Shown: in pieces, positions 13,316 to 25,809 of the stretch
Layout: every line of letters begins with the position of its first letter
Position numbering within the stretch: the stretch's first letter is position 1
DNA from: Octopus sinensis
Taxonomy: Eukaryota
Assembly (NCBI RefSeq): GCF_006345805.1
Contig: NC_043014.1
Location: forward strand, 42,842,001 to 42,906,000
DNA length: 64,000 nt
Direction: 5' to 3'
Made by a program: the position numbers and the translations under genes
The notes under the pieces: generated by a model
The model's input: only the letters and a program-made list of their open reading frames with translations
Database searches by the model: none
Told to the model about the DNA's origin: nothing

Positions 13316-14163
13316 ATACATATTGAGGCGCGTGGCTTAGTGGTTAGGGCATTCGGCTCATGATCGTAAGGTTGTGAGTTCGATTCCCGGCGACGCGTTT
13401 TTCCTTGAGCAAGACACTTATTTCACGTTGCTCCAGTCCACTCAGCTGGCAAAAATGAGTGTACTTGTATTTCAAAGGGTCAGCCTTGTCACTCTCTGTG
13501 TCACGCTGATTTTCCTCCGAGAACACGTTAAGGGTACACGTGTCTGTGGAATGCTCAGCCATTTGCACGTTATAATTCACGAGCAAGCTGTTCCGTGATC
13601 GTATCAGCTGGGACCCTCGTCGTCGTAACCGGCGGAGTCTTATTATTAAATATACATATATACACACATACATATAAATATGTATATATTTATGTATATA
13701 TGAGTGTGTTTACACACACACATACACTTCATTTCACATTGCTCCAGTCCACTCAGCTGGCAAAAATGAGTAACGCTGCGATGGATTGGTGTCCCATCCA
13801 GCTGGGGAACACATATACCATAGAAACTGGAAAACCGGGCCCATGAGCCTGGCTAGGCTTTAAAAGGGCACATTTATTATTTTTATGTATGTATGTATCT
13901 ATGTGTGTGTCTTTGTGTCTGTGTTTGTTCCTTCACCATTGCATGACAACCAATGTTAGTGTGTTTACGTCCCTGTAACTTAGCAATTTGGCAAAAGAGA
14001 CCAAAAGAATAAGTACTAACTAGGTTTTCAAAGAATAAGTCCTGGGTGGATAGGTGGGGGTCGATTTCTTCAATTAAAAAAAAAAAATCCTTTCAAGGCA
14101 GAGTGCTCCAGCATGGCCGCAGTCAAATGACTGAAACAAGTAAAAGAGCAAAAGAATAAAAGA
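13076..14163 (+). mobile_element. SINE family A split by nested insertions (5' half 13076-13245, 3' half 13895-14163)
   Basis: Both halves are in the same orientation; family C SINE pieces and microsatellite lie between them. Confidence 0.7.
13325..13641 (+). mobile_element. tRNA-derived SINE family C
   Basis: A box TGGCTTAGTGG, B box GTTCGATTCCC, core TTGAGCAAGACACTTATTTCACGTTGCTCCAGTCCACTCAGCTGG; related pieces at 13728-13875 and 39660-39800. Confidence 0.85.
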
Positions 14164-14559
14164 ATCTAACCAGTTGAGCGACCAACTGACAAACTATTTG
14201 AACTCTGTCAGACAATTGGCTAACGACCTACCCCACCCACAACCAGTCAACCAGCAAACCAGCCAACCAACAAACTGACCAGCCAGCCAGCCAGCCAGCT
14301 AGCTGTGAATGTCTAACCTAGAACAAATCATGTTATTTATGGTCAGTCTGAGATTGGTTAAATGGTCAGATAATAACATCTACTATCCTGAAATAGAATT
14401 TTTTAAAGGGTCAATCTGAGAAAGGCTTCTGAAAAAAAAAGAGAAAAAAAGCTATTGCAACGCTTCCACCAGACAATGAAGGTTTTTTTTTTTTTTTTGA
14501 AAAAAATGAAAGACAATTACATTTTATATAATTTCCTACATTTTTTTCCCCCATTCATT

Positions 14560-14854
14560 CATTCATACATACATACATACATGCATGAATCTCTTTTTCT
14601 CTCTGTCTGTGTGTGTATACATCTCTAGATGTGTGTGTATACATTATAAATATATATATATATATAGATATATATATGCAGAATGCATACATCTACATAT
14701 ATATATATACACACACACCATATATATATTTACACTTTTATGTACATACATACATACAAACATTCATGCATGTATGTACATATGTATGTTGTATATGTGC
14801 ATGTATGTATGTGTGCATGTATGTATATATGTATGTGTGTTGTACATATATATA

Positions 14855-14912
<58 letters not shown>

Positions 14913-15487
14913 TAATACATGTATATATCATATTATATAAACATATGTATATAGGTAAATATATATTTAAGTTATTTGAGTATGTATCTATATATATATA
15001 TATGCATATGTGAGTGCGTATATATATGTATGAATACACACACACACATATATATTTATACATAAAAATATTCATACAAACATACATATAAATATGTATG
15101 TGTGTCTGTCCGTATGTATCTATGCATGTGTTTGTATGTACGTATGTATATATATGTATGCATGCATGTATGTATGCATGTATGTATGCATGTATGTATG
15201 CATGTATGTATGTATGTATATATATATATATATATGTATGCATGCATGTATGTATGTATATATGTATATATGTATGCATGCATGCATGTATGTATATATA
15301 TATATGTATGTATGCATGCATGTATGGATGTATATATGTATATATGTATGCATGCATGTATGTATGTGTATATATCTGTATGTATGTATGTATGTATGTA
15401 TGTAGTTATGTATGTGTACAAAAGATTTGTGTTGATTAGAATTCAATTATTATTTCTCTTTCTTCTTTCTATATTTCTTTATATTTA

Positions 15488-15531
<44 letters not shown>

Positions 15532-15545
15532 TATATATATATATG
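14560..15545. repeat. (TA)n/(TATG)n/(TGCA)n microsatellite complex
   Basis: Directly visible. Confidence 0.95.
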
Positions 15546-15734
15546 TATTTTCTCTCTGTCCTTTTTTTTTCTTTTCCATTTCCTTTTTCTTCTCTCTTAT
15601 CTCACACAACCATCAAAGGTCAATGTAGTAAGTAGTAACCCTCAGATATACTGAATTATTTATTGGAAAAAATCAAAGTCCGCTGTTGTCTGCGCAGTGG
15701 AAGAAAAATAATAATAAAAAATTATTTGTTATTG

Positions 15735-15914
15735 GATGTTGTTGCTGTTGCTGCTGCTGCTGCTACTGCTATTACTACCTACTACTACTACTACTACTAT
15801 ACTACTACTATCACCACTACCACACCACCACCACCACCACAACAACCACCACCACCACCACCACCACCACCACCACCACCAACATTGCTACCATCATTGC
15901 TGCTGCTGCTGCTG

Positions 15915-15945
<31 letters not shown>

Positions 15946-16199
15946 CATCACCACCACCACCACCACAACCACCACCACCATTGCCACTACTACTACTACC
16001 ACTTCTACTACTACTACTATTACCACCACCACCACCACCACCACTGCCACCACCACCATTGCCACTACTACCACCACCACCACCACCACCACCACCACCA
16101 CTACAACCACTGCTGCTGCTACTACTACTACTACTACTACAACTACAACCACCACTACCATCACCATCACCACCACCATCATTGCTGCTGCTGCTGCTG

Positions 16200-16230
<31 letters not shown>

Positions 16231-16265
16231 CATCACCACCACTATTACTGTCGTTGCTGTTATTG
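15735..16265. repeat. (CTA/CCA/GCT)n trinucleotide complex
   Basis: Directly visible. Confidence 0.95.
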
Positions 16266-16574
16266 CTATTGACAGTGGCTGATACCTGAAGGGTCCAGTC
16301 CCCTCAAACATCCAAGCAGTGCTTTTGGCAGACATTTTGTTAACAAGACTGCTTTAGGGGCCTGAGGGTTTTTAATCTCAAAAGTCAAGAGGGTCTCAGT
16401 TTTATTTTCTTCTGTTTTAAGGGCAGTTCCTGTCAGATACTTGCAGACCTTCTATTCAGTCAAAATCAGAGGGATCCAGTTATGACCATCACAACTTTGT
16501 TTTCAAGAGTAAAATCAATAGCAAAGAGTGGTTGAGGGAGATTTGGCTGCTATTCCTATCAAGAAATTGCTCAG

Positions 16575-16604
16575 TCCTAACCCTAACCCTAATCCTAACC
16601 CTAA
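16575..16604 (+). repeat. Short telomere-like (CCCTAA)5 tract
   Basis: TCCTAA CCCTAA CCCTAA TCCTAA CCCTAA. Confidence 0.8.
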
Positions 16605-16684
16605 ATATCTCATTTGGGAGGGTCCCCAACTGGAGAAGACCTTTGTTATTGTTTTGTTGTTTAGCCCAAAGTCAGCCCTGATCA

Positions 16685-16830
16685 AGAACCACATAGTTCT
16701 GGGTTCAATCCCACTGTGTGGAACCTTGGGCAAGAGTCTTCTACTATAGCCTCAGGTCAACCAAAGCCTTGTGAGTGGATTTGATAGATGGAAACTGAAA
16801 GAAGCCCATTGTATGTGTGTGTGTGTGTGT
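16685..16830 (+). mobile_element. SINE family A, 5' part
   Basis: Homology to 12179-12340. Confidence 0.75.
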
Positions 16831-17069
16831 AATCAGACCATACCAACGTGAAAGAAGACATGCTTTTGGATGGAATACTCTTAACCATAGGGTTTTCTTG
16901 AAACAATGAATATATTTAGAAATAACGTTTGAATAAATTCGTATTCAAGACACTCTGAGATTCAGAATTTCACTCAAGTTAGCTGAAAAATTGTAATTTC
17001 TAAACTCCTGAGGGAAACCTCACAATTTTGACACATTTGATATGGTAATTTGTAATGTTCTTCTTCATT

Positions 17070-17074
17070 TTAAG

Positions 17075-17133
<59 letters not shown>

Positions 17134-17355
17134 AATACATATATATATAAATACATATATATATATATATATATATATAATATGTATGTATGTATGTATA
17201 TATATATACATATATATACACATACATATATACATATATATATATATACACGCACACACATATATATATATACATATATATATATATGCATGCATACATA
17301 CATACAAACAGACATACATACATATATATGCATATATATATTATATATATATATG

Positions 17356-17387
<32 letters not shown>

Positions 17388-17420
17388 ATATGTATATATA
17401 TATATATATATATATTATAT
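17070..17420. repeat. (TA)n microsatellite
   Basis: Directly visible. Confidence 0.95.
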
Positions 17421-17534
17421 TCTTAATATTATAAAAAACCAAGAGAGAAGATGGAAATAAGATTAATAAAAGTTTATTAATACATTGACAAGACCAGACC
17501 TGCAATTGCTTTTTGTACTTTGTACTTTGATATA

Positions 17535-17934
17535 ACTCTTTTACTCTTTTACTTGTTTCAGTCATTTGACTGTGGCCATGCTGGAGCACCGCCTTTAGTC
17601 GAGCAAATCGACCCCGGGACTAATTTTTTTGTAAGCCCAGTACTTATTCTATTGGCCTCTTTTGCCGAACCGCTAAGAGACGGGGATGTAAACACACCAG
17701 CATCGGTTGTCAAGCAATGTTAGGGAGACAAACACAGACACACAAACACATACATATATATATATATATACATATGTACGACAGGCTTCTTTCAGTTTCC
17801 GTCTACCAAATCCACTCATTGGTCGGCCCGGGGCTATAGCAGAAGACACTTGCCCAAGATGCCACGCAGTGGGACTGAACCCGGAACCATGTGGTTGGTT
17901 AGCAAGCTACTTACCACACAGCCACTCCTGCGCC
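17535..17934 (-). mobile_element. SINE family A, full length
   Basis: Reverse complement of 12179-12598. Confidence 0.92.
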
Positions 17935-17944
17935 TGTATATATA

Positions 17945-18469
17945 ACACCCACTACACGTAAAAAACACCCACTACACTCGCGGAGTGGTTGGCGTTAGGA
18001 AGGGCATCCAGCCGTAGAAACACTGCCAGATCTGACTGGGCCTGACGAAGCCTTCCAGCTTCACAGACCCCAGTTGACCCGTCCAACCCATGCTAGCATG
18101 GAAAACGGACGCTAAACAAACGATATATATATATACGTAAAAGACATCTTTTAAATGTGATCGTTACCAGCATTGCCTTACTGGCACTTGTACTCATGCT
18201 AGTAGGGTGCTAAGAGCACCATCTGAGCATAATCGTTGCCAGAGCAGCTAACTGGCTTCCAAGAAGGTAGCACATAAAAGGCATCATTCAAGTGTGATCG
18301 TTACCAGCGTCGCCTTACTGGAACCTGTGCTAGTGGCATGTGTAAAAAGATTCAAGTGAGGTCTTTGCCAGTACCGCCTGACTGGCCCCTGTGCCAGTGG
18401 CATGTAAAAGCACCCACTCTCTCTTGAGTGGTTGGCATTAGCAAGGGCATCCAGCTGTAGAAACTCTAC
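17945..18469 (+). mobile_element. Two RTE 3' UTR fragments (17945-18116 and 18135-18469)
   Basis: Homology to 25020-25175 and 40380-40670. Confidence 0.75.
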
Positions 18470-18857
18470 CATGTCCCTTAGTGGCTGACGATATGTGCAT
18501 CTCTGATCACGTGCAGAAGTAGTGGAGGAGCATCATAACCGTGTGTTGAAAGAAATTCTTGGAGGCTTTAATAATTCACCTTTGGAAACATGGGTGGTTC
18601 GTTCAACATCCTTAAACAATTCTTATTGAGGGACCTTTTAAGCAGAATGGGCTACTCAACCAGAAGAAAATTCTAACTGGGCCCCACCTGCTAGGTCATG
18701 TGCTGTTTATCTTGATATGAGATCACCATGTCGCACACATGTGGTTGTGATACATGTACCTGGTGTACCCTTATCAGACGGGTAGTCATGATGGGTATAC
18801 TGGGCTTCGTATATTTTACCCCAGTGTCACTTTGATGGCATGCATACTCTCTCACTC
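18470..18857 (+). mobile_element. 5'-truncated copy of an (AAT)n-associated non-coding element
   Basis: Matches 35208-35593; followed by a ~460-bp (AAT)n tract. Confidence 0.85.
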
Positions 18858-18859
18858 AA

Positions 18860-18911
<52 letters not shown>

Positions 18912-18963
18912 TAATAATGATAATATAATATAATGATAAAATAATAATAATATAATAATAATA

Positions 18964-19001
<38 letters not shown>

Positions 19002-19033
19002 TATAATAATAATATAATAATAATATAATAATG

Positions 19034-19078
<45 letters not shown>

Positions 19079-19114
19079 TAATAATAATAATGATAATAAT
19101 AATGATAATATATG

Positions 19115-19152
<38 letters not shown>

Positions 19153-19245
19153 TAATATAATGATAATAATAATGATAATAATTAATAATATATAATATAA
19201 TAATAATATAATAATATTAATAAAATAATAATAATAATAATAATG

Positions 19246-19276
<31 letters not shown>

Positions 19277-19320
19277 TAATAATAATAATAAATAATAATA
19301 ATATTAATAATAATAATAAA
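18858..19320. repeat. (AAT)n tract
   Basis: Directly visible. Confidence 0.97.
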
Positions 19321-19361
19321 AACAACAGCAATAACAAGAACAATCATAATAGTAATAATAG

Positions 19362-19555
19362 TTTCAAATTTTGACACAATGTCAGCAATTTTGAAGGGAG
19401 GGGAAGTCGACCCCAGTGCATAACTGGTACTTATTTTATTGATCACAAAACGATGAAAGGGGAAGTCAGCCTCAGCAGAGTTTGAACTCTGAAAGAAACG
19501 AGTTTGAAGAAATACCGCAAAATAAGCATTTTGTCCAATGCTCCAATGATTCTGC
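19362..19555 (-). mobile_element. SINE family B, degenerate
   Basis: GTCGACCCCAGTGCATAACTGGTACTTATTTTAT...GAGTTTGAACTC is the reverse complement of the family B core and B box. Confidence 0.6.
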
Positions 19556-19589
19556 CAGCTCAACACCTTAACATCAACAACAACAACAA

Positions 19590-19639
<50 letters not shown>

Positions 19640-19984
19640 CAACAACAATAGCAATTCCAATAAATTTGTTTTTTTTTTTCCCCCCTCTCACTCAGATATT
19701 GGCCAATAGTTTTGATATCCAATCCTATTGAAGCATTCAAAATTTTCCATCCTGACAGAATGATGTAAAAGATTCAATTAAAGATTTATATTTGAAAAAT
19801 ATAAAAAAAAAAACGGAAAACAAAACAAACAAGTAAAAAGGTTAGAATAAAAAAAAGTAAATTCAATTATAGACCGAAAACTCCTTCCATGTTATTGACA
19901 TATACAGCAAAGTTCCATAATAATGGCAACTACAGAGATTAAAGATGACATTATGAAATCTTTTGTTTTTTAGGAAATTTTTGG

Positions 19985-19996
19985 TATTGTTATTAC

Positions 19997-20030
<34 letters not shown>

Positions 20031-20419
20031 TATTATTATTTATTATTATTATTATTGTTTATGGGTTTTTCTTCTTCTTTCAAATTTGCTTCCGTTTCTT
20101 GCCGAGTGTCTTCCCGACTCCTAGGGCAAAGAAACTCATAGTATACATTGGTAGGCCATTAAACTAAACTCACTAGTTCGTTCATTTTTTTTTTTGATAG
20201 AAATAAAGTTAAATTAAAATATTATTATTATTTTTTTTCTCTTCTTTCAAATTTGCTTCCATTTCTTGCCGAGTGTCTTCCCGACTCCTAGGGCAAAGAA
20301 ACTCATAGTATACATTGGTAGGCCATTAAACTAAACTCACTAGTTCGTTAATTTTTTTTTCTTTATAGAAATAAAGTTAAATTAAAATACATGGGTAGTA
20401 ATAGTTCTCACATCGACAA

Positions 20420-20453
<34 letters not shown>

Positions 20454-21088
20454 TATTATTATTTATTATTATTATTATTGTTTATGGGTTTTTCTTCTTC
20501 TTTCAAATTTGCTTCCGTTTCTTGCCGAGTGTCTTCCCGACTCCTAGGGCAAAGAAACTCATAGTATACATTGGTAGGCCATTAAACTAAACTCACTAGT
20601 TCGTTAATTTTTTTTTCTTTATAGAAATAAAGTTAAATTAAAATACATGGGTGTAATAGTGTCTCACATCGACAATATTATTATTATTATTATTTATTAT
20701 TATTATTTATTATTATTTATTATTATTATTATTGTTTATGGTTTTTCTTCTCTTTCAAATTTGCTTCCGTTTCTGCCGAGTGTCTTCCCGACTCCTAGGG
20801 CAAAGAAACTCATAGTATACATTGTAGGCCATTAAACTAAACTCACTAGTTCGTTCATTTTTTTTTTTGATAGAAATAAAGTTAAATTAAAATATTATTA
20901 TTATTTTTTTTTCTTCTTTCAAATTTGCTTCCATTTCTTGCCGAGTGTCTTCCCGACTCCTAGGGCAAAGAAACTCATAGTATACATGGTAGCCATTAAA
21001 CTAAACTCACTAGTTCGTTAATTTTTTTTTCTTTATAGAAATAAAGTTAAATAAAATACATGGGTAGTAATAGTTCTCACATCGACAA

Positions 21089-21132
<44 letters not shown>

Positions 21133-21523
21133 TATTATTATTATTTATTATTATTTATTATTATTATTATTGTTTATGGGTTTTTTTCTTCTTTCAAATT
21201 TTCTTCCGTTTCTTGCCGAGTGTCTTCCGACTCCTAGGGCAAAGAACTCATAGTATACATTGGTAGGCCATTAAACTAAACTCACTAGTTCGTTCATTTT
21301 TTTTTTTGATAGAAATAAAGTTAAATTAAAATATTATTATTATTTTTTTTTCTTCTTTCAAATTTGCTTCCATTTCTTGCCGAGTGTCTTCCCGACTCCT
21401 AGGGCAAAGAAACTCATAGTATACATTGGTAGGCCATAAACTAAACTCACTAGTTCGTTCATTTTTTTATAGAAATAAAGTTAAATTAAAATACATGGGT
21501 AGTAATAGTTCTCACATCGACAA

Positions 21524-21557
<34 letters not shown>

Positions 21558-21945
21558 TATTATTATTTATTATTATTATTATTGTTTATGGGTTTTTCTT
21601 CTTCTTTCAAATTTGCTTCCGTTTCTTGCCGAGTGTCTTCCCGACTCCTAGGGCAAAGAAACTCATAGTATACATTGGTAGGCCATTAAACTAAACTCAC
21701 TAGTTCGTTCATTTTTTTTTTGATAGAAATAAAGTTAAATTAAAATATTATTATTATTTTTTTTTCTTCTTTCAAATTTGCTTCCATTTCTTGCCGAGTG
21801 TCTTCCCGACTCCTAGGGCAAAGAAACTCATAGTATACATTGGTAGGCCATTAAACTAAACTCACTAGTTCGTTCATTTTTTTTTATAGAAATAAAGTTA
21901 AATTAAAATACATGGGTAGTAATAGTAATAGTTCTCACATCGACA

Positions 21946-21988
<43 letters not shown>

Positions 21989-22362
21989 TATTATTATTTA
22001 TTATGTTTATGGGTTTTTCTTCTTCTTCAAATTTGCTTCCGTTTCTTGCCGAGTGTCTTCCCGACTCCTAGGGCAAAGAAACTCATAGTATACATTGGTA
22101 GGCCATTAAACTAAACTCACTAGTTCGTTCATTTTTTTTTTGATAGAAATAAAGTTAATTAAAAAATTTATTATTATTTTTTTTTCTTCTTTCAAATTTG
22201 CTTCCTTCTTGCCGAGTGTCTTCCCGACTCCTAGGGCAAAGAAACTCATAGTATACATTGGTAGGCCATTAAACTAAACTCACTAGTTCGTTAATTTTTT
22301 TTTCTTTATAGAAATAAAGTTAAATTAAAATACATGGGTAGTAATAGTTCTCACATCGACAA

Positions 22363-22394
<32 letters not shown>

Positions 22395-22614
22395 TATTAT
22401 TATTTATATTTATTATTGTTAGGGGTTTTTCTTCTTCTTTCAAATTTGCTTCCGTTTCTGCCGAGTGTCTTCCCGACTCCTAGGGCAAAGAAACTCATAG
22501 TATACATTGGTAGGCCATTAAACTAAACTCACTAGTTCGTTCATTTTTTTTTTGATAGAAATAATGTTAACTTAAAATACATGGGTAGTAATAGTTCTCA
22601 CATCGACAATGCTC

Positions 22615-22655
<41 letters not shown>

Positions 22656-22935
22656 TATTATTATTATTATTATTGTTATTATTATTATTATTATTGTTAT
22701 TATTATTATTATCATTATTATTATTATTATTATTTATTATTATTTATCATTATTATTATTATTATTACTTTTTTTTTTCTTCTTTCAAATTTGCTTCCAT
22801 TTCTTGCCGAGTGTCTTCCCGATTCCTAGGGCAAAGAAACTCATAGTATACATTGGTAGGCCGTTAAACCAAACTCAATAGTTCGTTTTTTTTTTTTTTT
22901 AAGTTAAATTAAAATACATGAGCAGCAACAGTTCT
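19985..22935 (-). repeat. Tandem array of 13 R4/Dong 3' UTR copies separated by (ATT)n
   Basis: Core TTCAAATTTGCTTCC(G/A)TTTCTTGCCGAGTGTCTTCCCGACTCCTAGGGCAAAGAAACTC at ~20085, 20245, 20500, 20755, 20920, 21195, 21360, 21610, 21775, 22030, 22195, 22440, 22785; the last unit runs into the RLE ORF. Confidence 0.9.
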
Positions 22936-23234
22936 CGCATCGACAATGCTCTTCTCAATACGTGTGATGTACCAGTTTAAGACAATCTTTTGCACTTCTT
23001 GCAGGGATGGTAAGCCAGGGATCATTCTCATATAATTTTCGGTTCCCTTCTTGATCATTCCTAGTGCTCCTACGATCACTGGTATTGTAACCGCCTTGAG
23101 ATGTCACATTTTCTCAATTTCAATGAGCAGGTCTTTATATTTTCTGAGCTTGTCAAATTCTTTCGCTGAGATATTATGATCACAGGGGATGCTCATGTCG
23201 ATCAATAAGCAAACTTTATTGTTTTGGTCTTTCA

Positions 23235-23235
<1 letters not shown>
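22780..23235 (-). mobile_element. 5'-truncated R4/Dong-type non-LTR retrotransposon (RLE C-terminus plus 3' UTR)
   Basis: Minus-strand translation VKDQNNKVCLLIDMSIPCDHNISAKEFDKLRKYKDLLIEIEKM*HLKAVTIPVIVGALGMIKKG: PD-(D/E)xK restriction-like endonuclease tail; (AAT)n on both flanks. Confidence 0.88.
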
Positions 23236-23280
<45 letters not shown>

Positions 23281-23371
23281 GTTATTATTATATTATTATA
23301 TATTATAATTATTATTATTTTATATATTATATTATTATTATTATTATTATTATATTATAATTATATTATTA

Positions 23372-23456
<85 letters not shown>

Positions 23457-23489
23457 TGTTATTATTATTATTATTGTTATTAATTATTA

Positions 23490-23526
<37 letters not shown>

Positions 23527-23683
23527 GTTATTATTATTATTATATTTTATTATAATTATTATATTATATTATTATTATTATTATTATATTATTATTATTA
23601 TTATATAATTATTATTATATATATTATTATTATTATTATTATAATTATTATTATTATTATTATTATTATATTATTATATTATA

Positions 23684-23722
<39 letters not shown>

Positions 23723-23744
23723 ATTATTATTATTATTATTATTA

Positions 23745-23827
<83 letters not shown>

Positions 23828-23838
23828 ATATTATTATT

Positions 23839-23871
<33 letters not shown>

Positions 23872-23924
23872 ATTATTATTATTATTATATTATTATTATT
23901 ATTATTATTATAATATTATAATTA

Positions 23925-23960
<36 letters not shown>

Positions 23961-23993
23961 ATTATTATTATTATTATAATTATTATTATTATA

Positions 23994-24030
<37 letters not shown>

Positions 24031-24049
24031 TATTATTATTATTATTATT
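23236..24049. repeat. ~810-bp (ATT)n tract
   Basis: Directly visible. Confidence 0.97.
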
Positions 24050-24051
24050 CA

Positions 24052-24274
24052 AAATGGTGAACTAGTGGAATCATTAGCATGCTAGGTGAAAAGCCTAGCA
24101 GTATTTCTTCTGCTACTATATTCTGAGTTCAAATTCTGCTGGGGTCAACTTTGCCTTTTTGCCTTTCATCCTTTCGGGGTCGATTAAATAAGTACCAGTT
24201 ACACACTGAGGTCGATGAAATCAACTAGCTCTCCCCACCCCAAAATTTCAGGGCTTTTGCCTCTAGTAGAAAGG

Positions 24275-24304
<30 letters not shown>
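24052..24304 (+). mobile_element. tRNA-derived SINE family B with (ATT)n tail
   Basis: B box GTTCAAATTC, core GTCAACTTTGCC...CATCCTTTCGGGGTCGATTAAATAAGTACCAG. Confidence 0.8.
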
Positions 24305-24306
<2 letters not shown>

Positions 24307-25195
24307 GAGAAAAGCTGGACCTAAGAAGCATCAGTTGTGGTGTGCAAGAGAGACGTTTGCGCTGGTATGGTCATGTGGCGAGAATGGATGAAGATAGTTG
24401 TGTGAAAAAGTGCCACACCCTAGCGGTTGAGGGAACCTGTGGAAGAGGCAGACCCAGGAAAACCTGGGACGAGGTGGTGAAGCACGACCTTCGAACTTTA
24501 GGTCTCACTGAGGAAATGACTAGAGACCGAGACCTCTGGAAGTGTGCTGTGCGCGAGAAGAGACCGGCAGGACAAGTGAGTCCACAACCCGTGGCCTTCT
24601 ACATGGGATGGAGGCCAGCCTACGTATGCATACCTTCCCTTCTTGGGACACAAAACTCTACTTGCGAAGACGTGTTGAGGCAAGTGAGGATCAGAATCGA
24701 AATCGATCAATGGAAATTGCGGATGTGCTACAGTGCCGGTGGCATGTCGAAACTCTGCTTGTGAAGACCCATTGAGGCAAGTGAGGATCAGATCGAAATC
24801 GATCAATGGAAATCGATCAATGGAAATTGCAGATGTGTTACCAGTGCCGGTGGCATGTAAGAGAACTTTCCGTTTCGCGACCGTTGCCAGCACCGCCCCG
24901 TTTCGTTGTCCGTTGCCAGCCTCGCCTGGCCTCGTTGCCGGTGGCACATTAAAAAGCACCATCCGTTCGTGGCCGTTTGCCAGCTCTGTCTGGCACCAGT
25001 GCGTGGGTTGGCACCGTAAAAGCACCCACTACACTCACGGAGGGGTGGCGGTTAGGAAGGGCATCCAGCCGTAGAAACAATTGCCAGATTTGACTGGGCT
25101 GATGAAGCCTTCTGTCTTCACAGACCCAGTAGAACCGTCCAACCCATGCTAGCATGAAAAACGGACGCTAAATGATGATGATGATGATGATGATT
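24305..25195 (+). mobile_element. 5'-truncated RTE-clade LINE (ORF C-terminus, ~600-nt 3' UTR, (GAT)n tail)
   Basis: VQERRLRWYGHVARMDEDSCVKKCHTLAVEGTCGRGRPRKTWDEVVKHDLRTLGL...RDRDLWK: the RLRWxGHVxRM / GRPRKxW / DRxxW motifs of RTE. Confidence 0.9.
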
Positions 25196-25197
25196 AT

Positions 25198-25605
<408 letters not shown>

Positions 25606-25809
25606 CTCATCTATCAACACGTGCTGCACATTACTGCATAAGTTTTGCTATTATTCATATTGTTACACATTGTTTTACATCATACATTTGTTATTGTTAC
25701 CTAGTTAAACTAACCAAGGCCTTGGGAAATTGGTTAGTTCTTTTCCATTTGTAGCCCTTAGGGGCTATTTTGGGATTTGTTTGTGTTACAACGCCCCTCA
25801 CTTTTTTTT

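Noticed and set aside
19985-22935. CRISPR-like repeat-spacer array
   Set aside because: Units are 165-260 bp, the spacers are (ATT)n, the last unit joins an RLE retrotransposon ORF, the context is eukaryotic and there are no cas genes.
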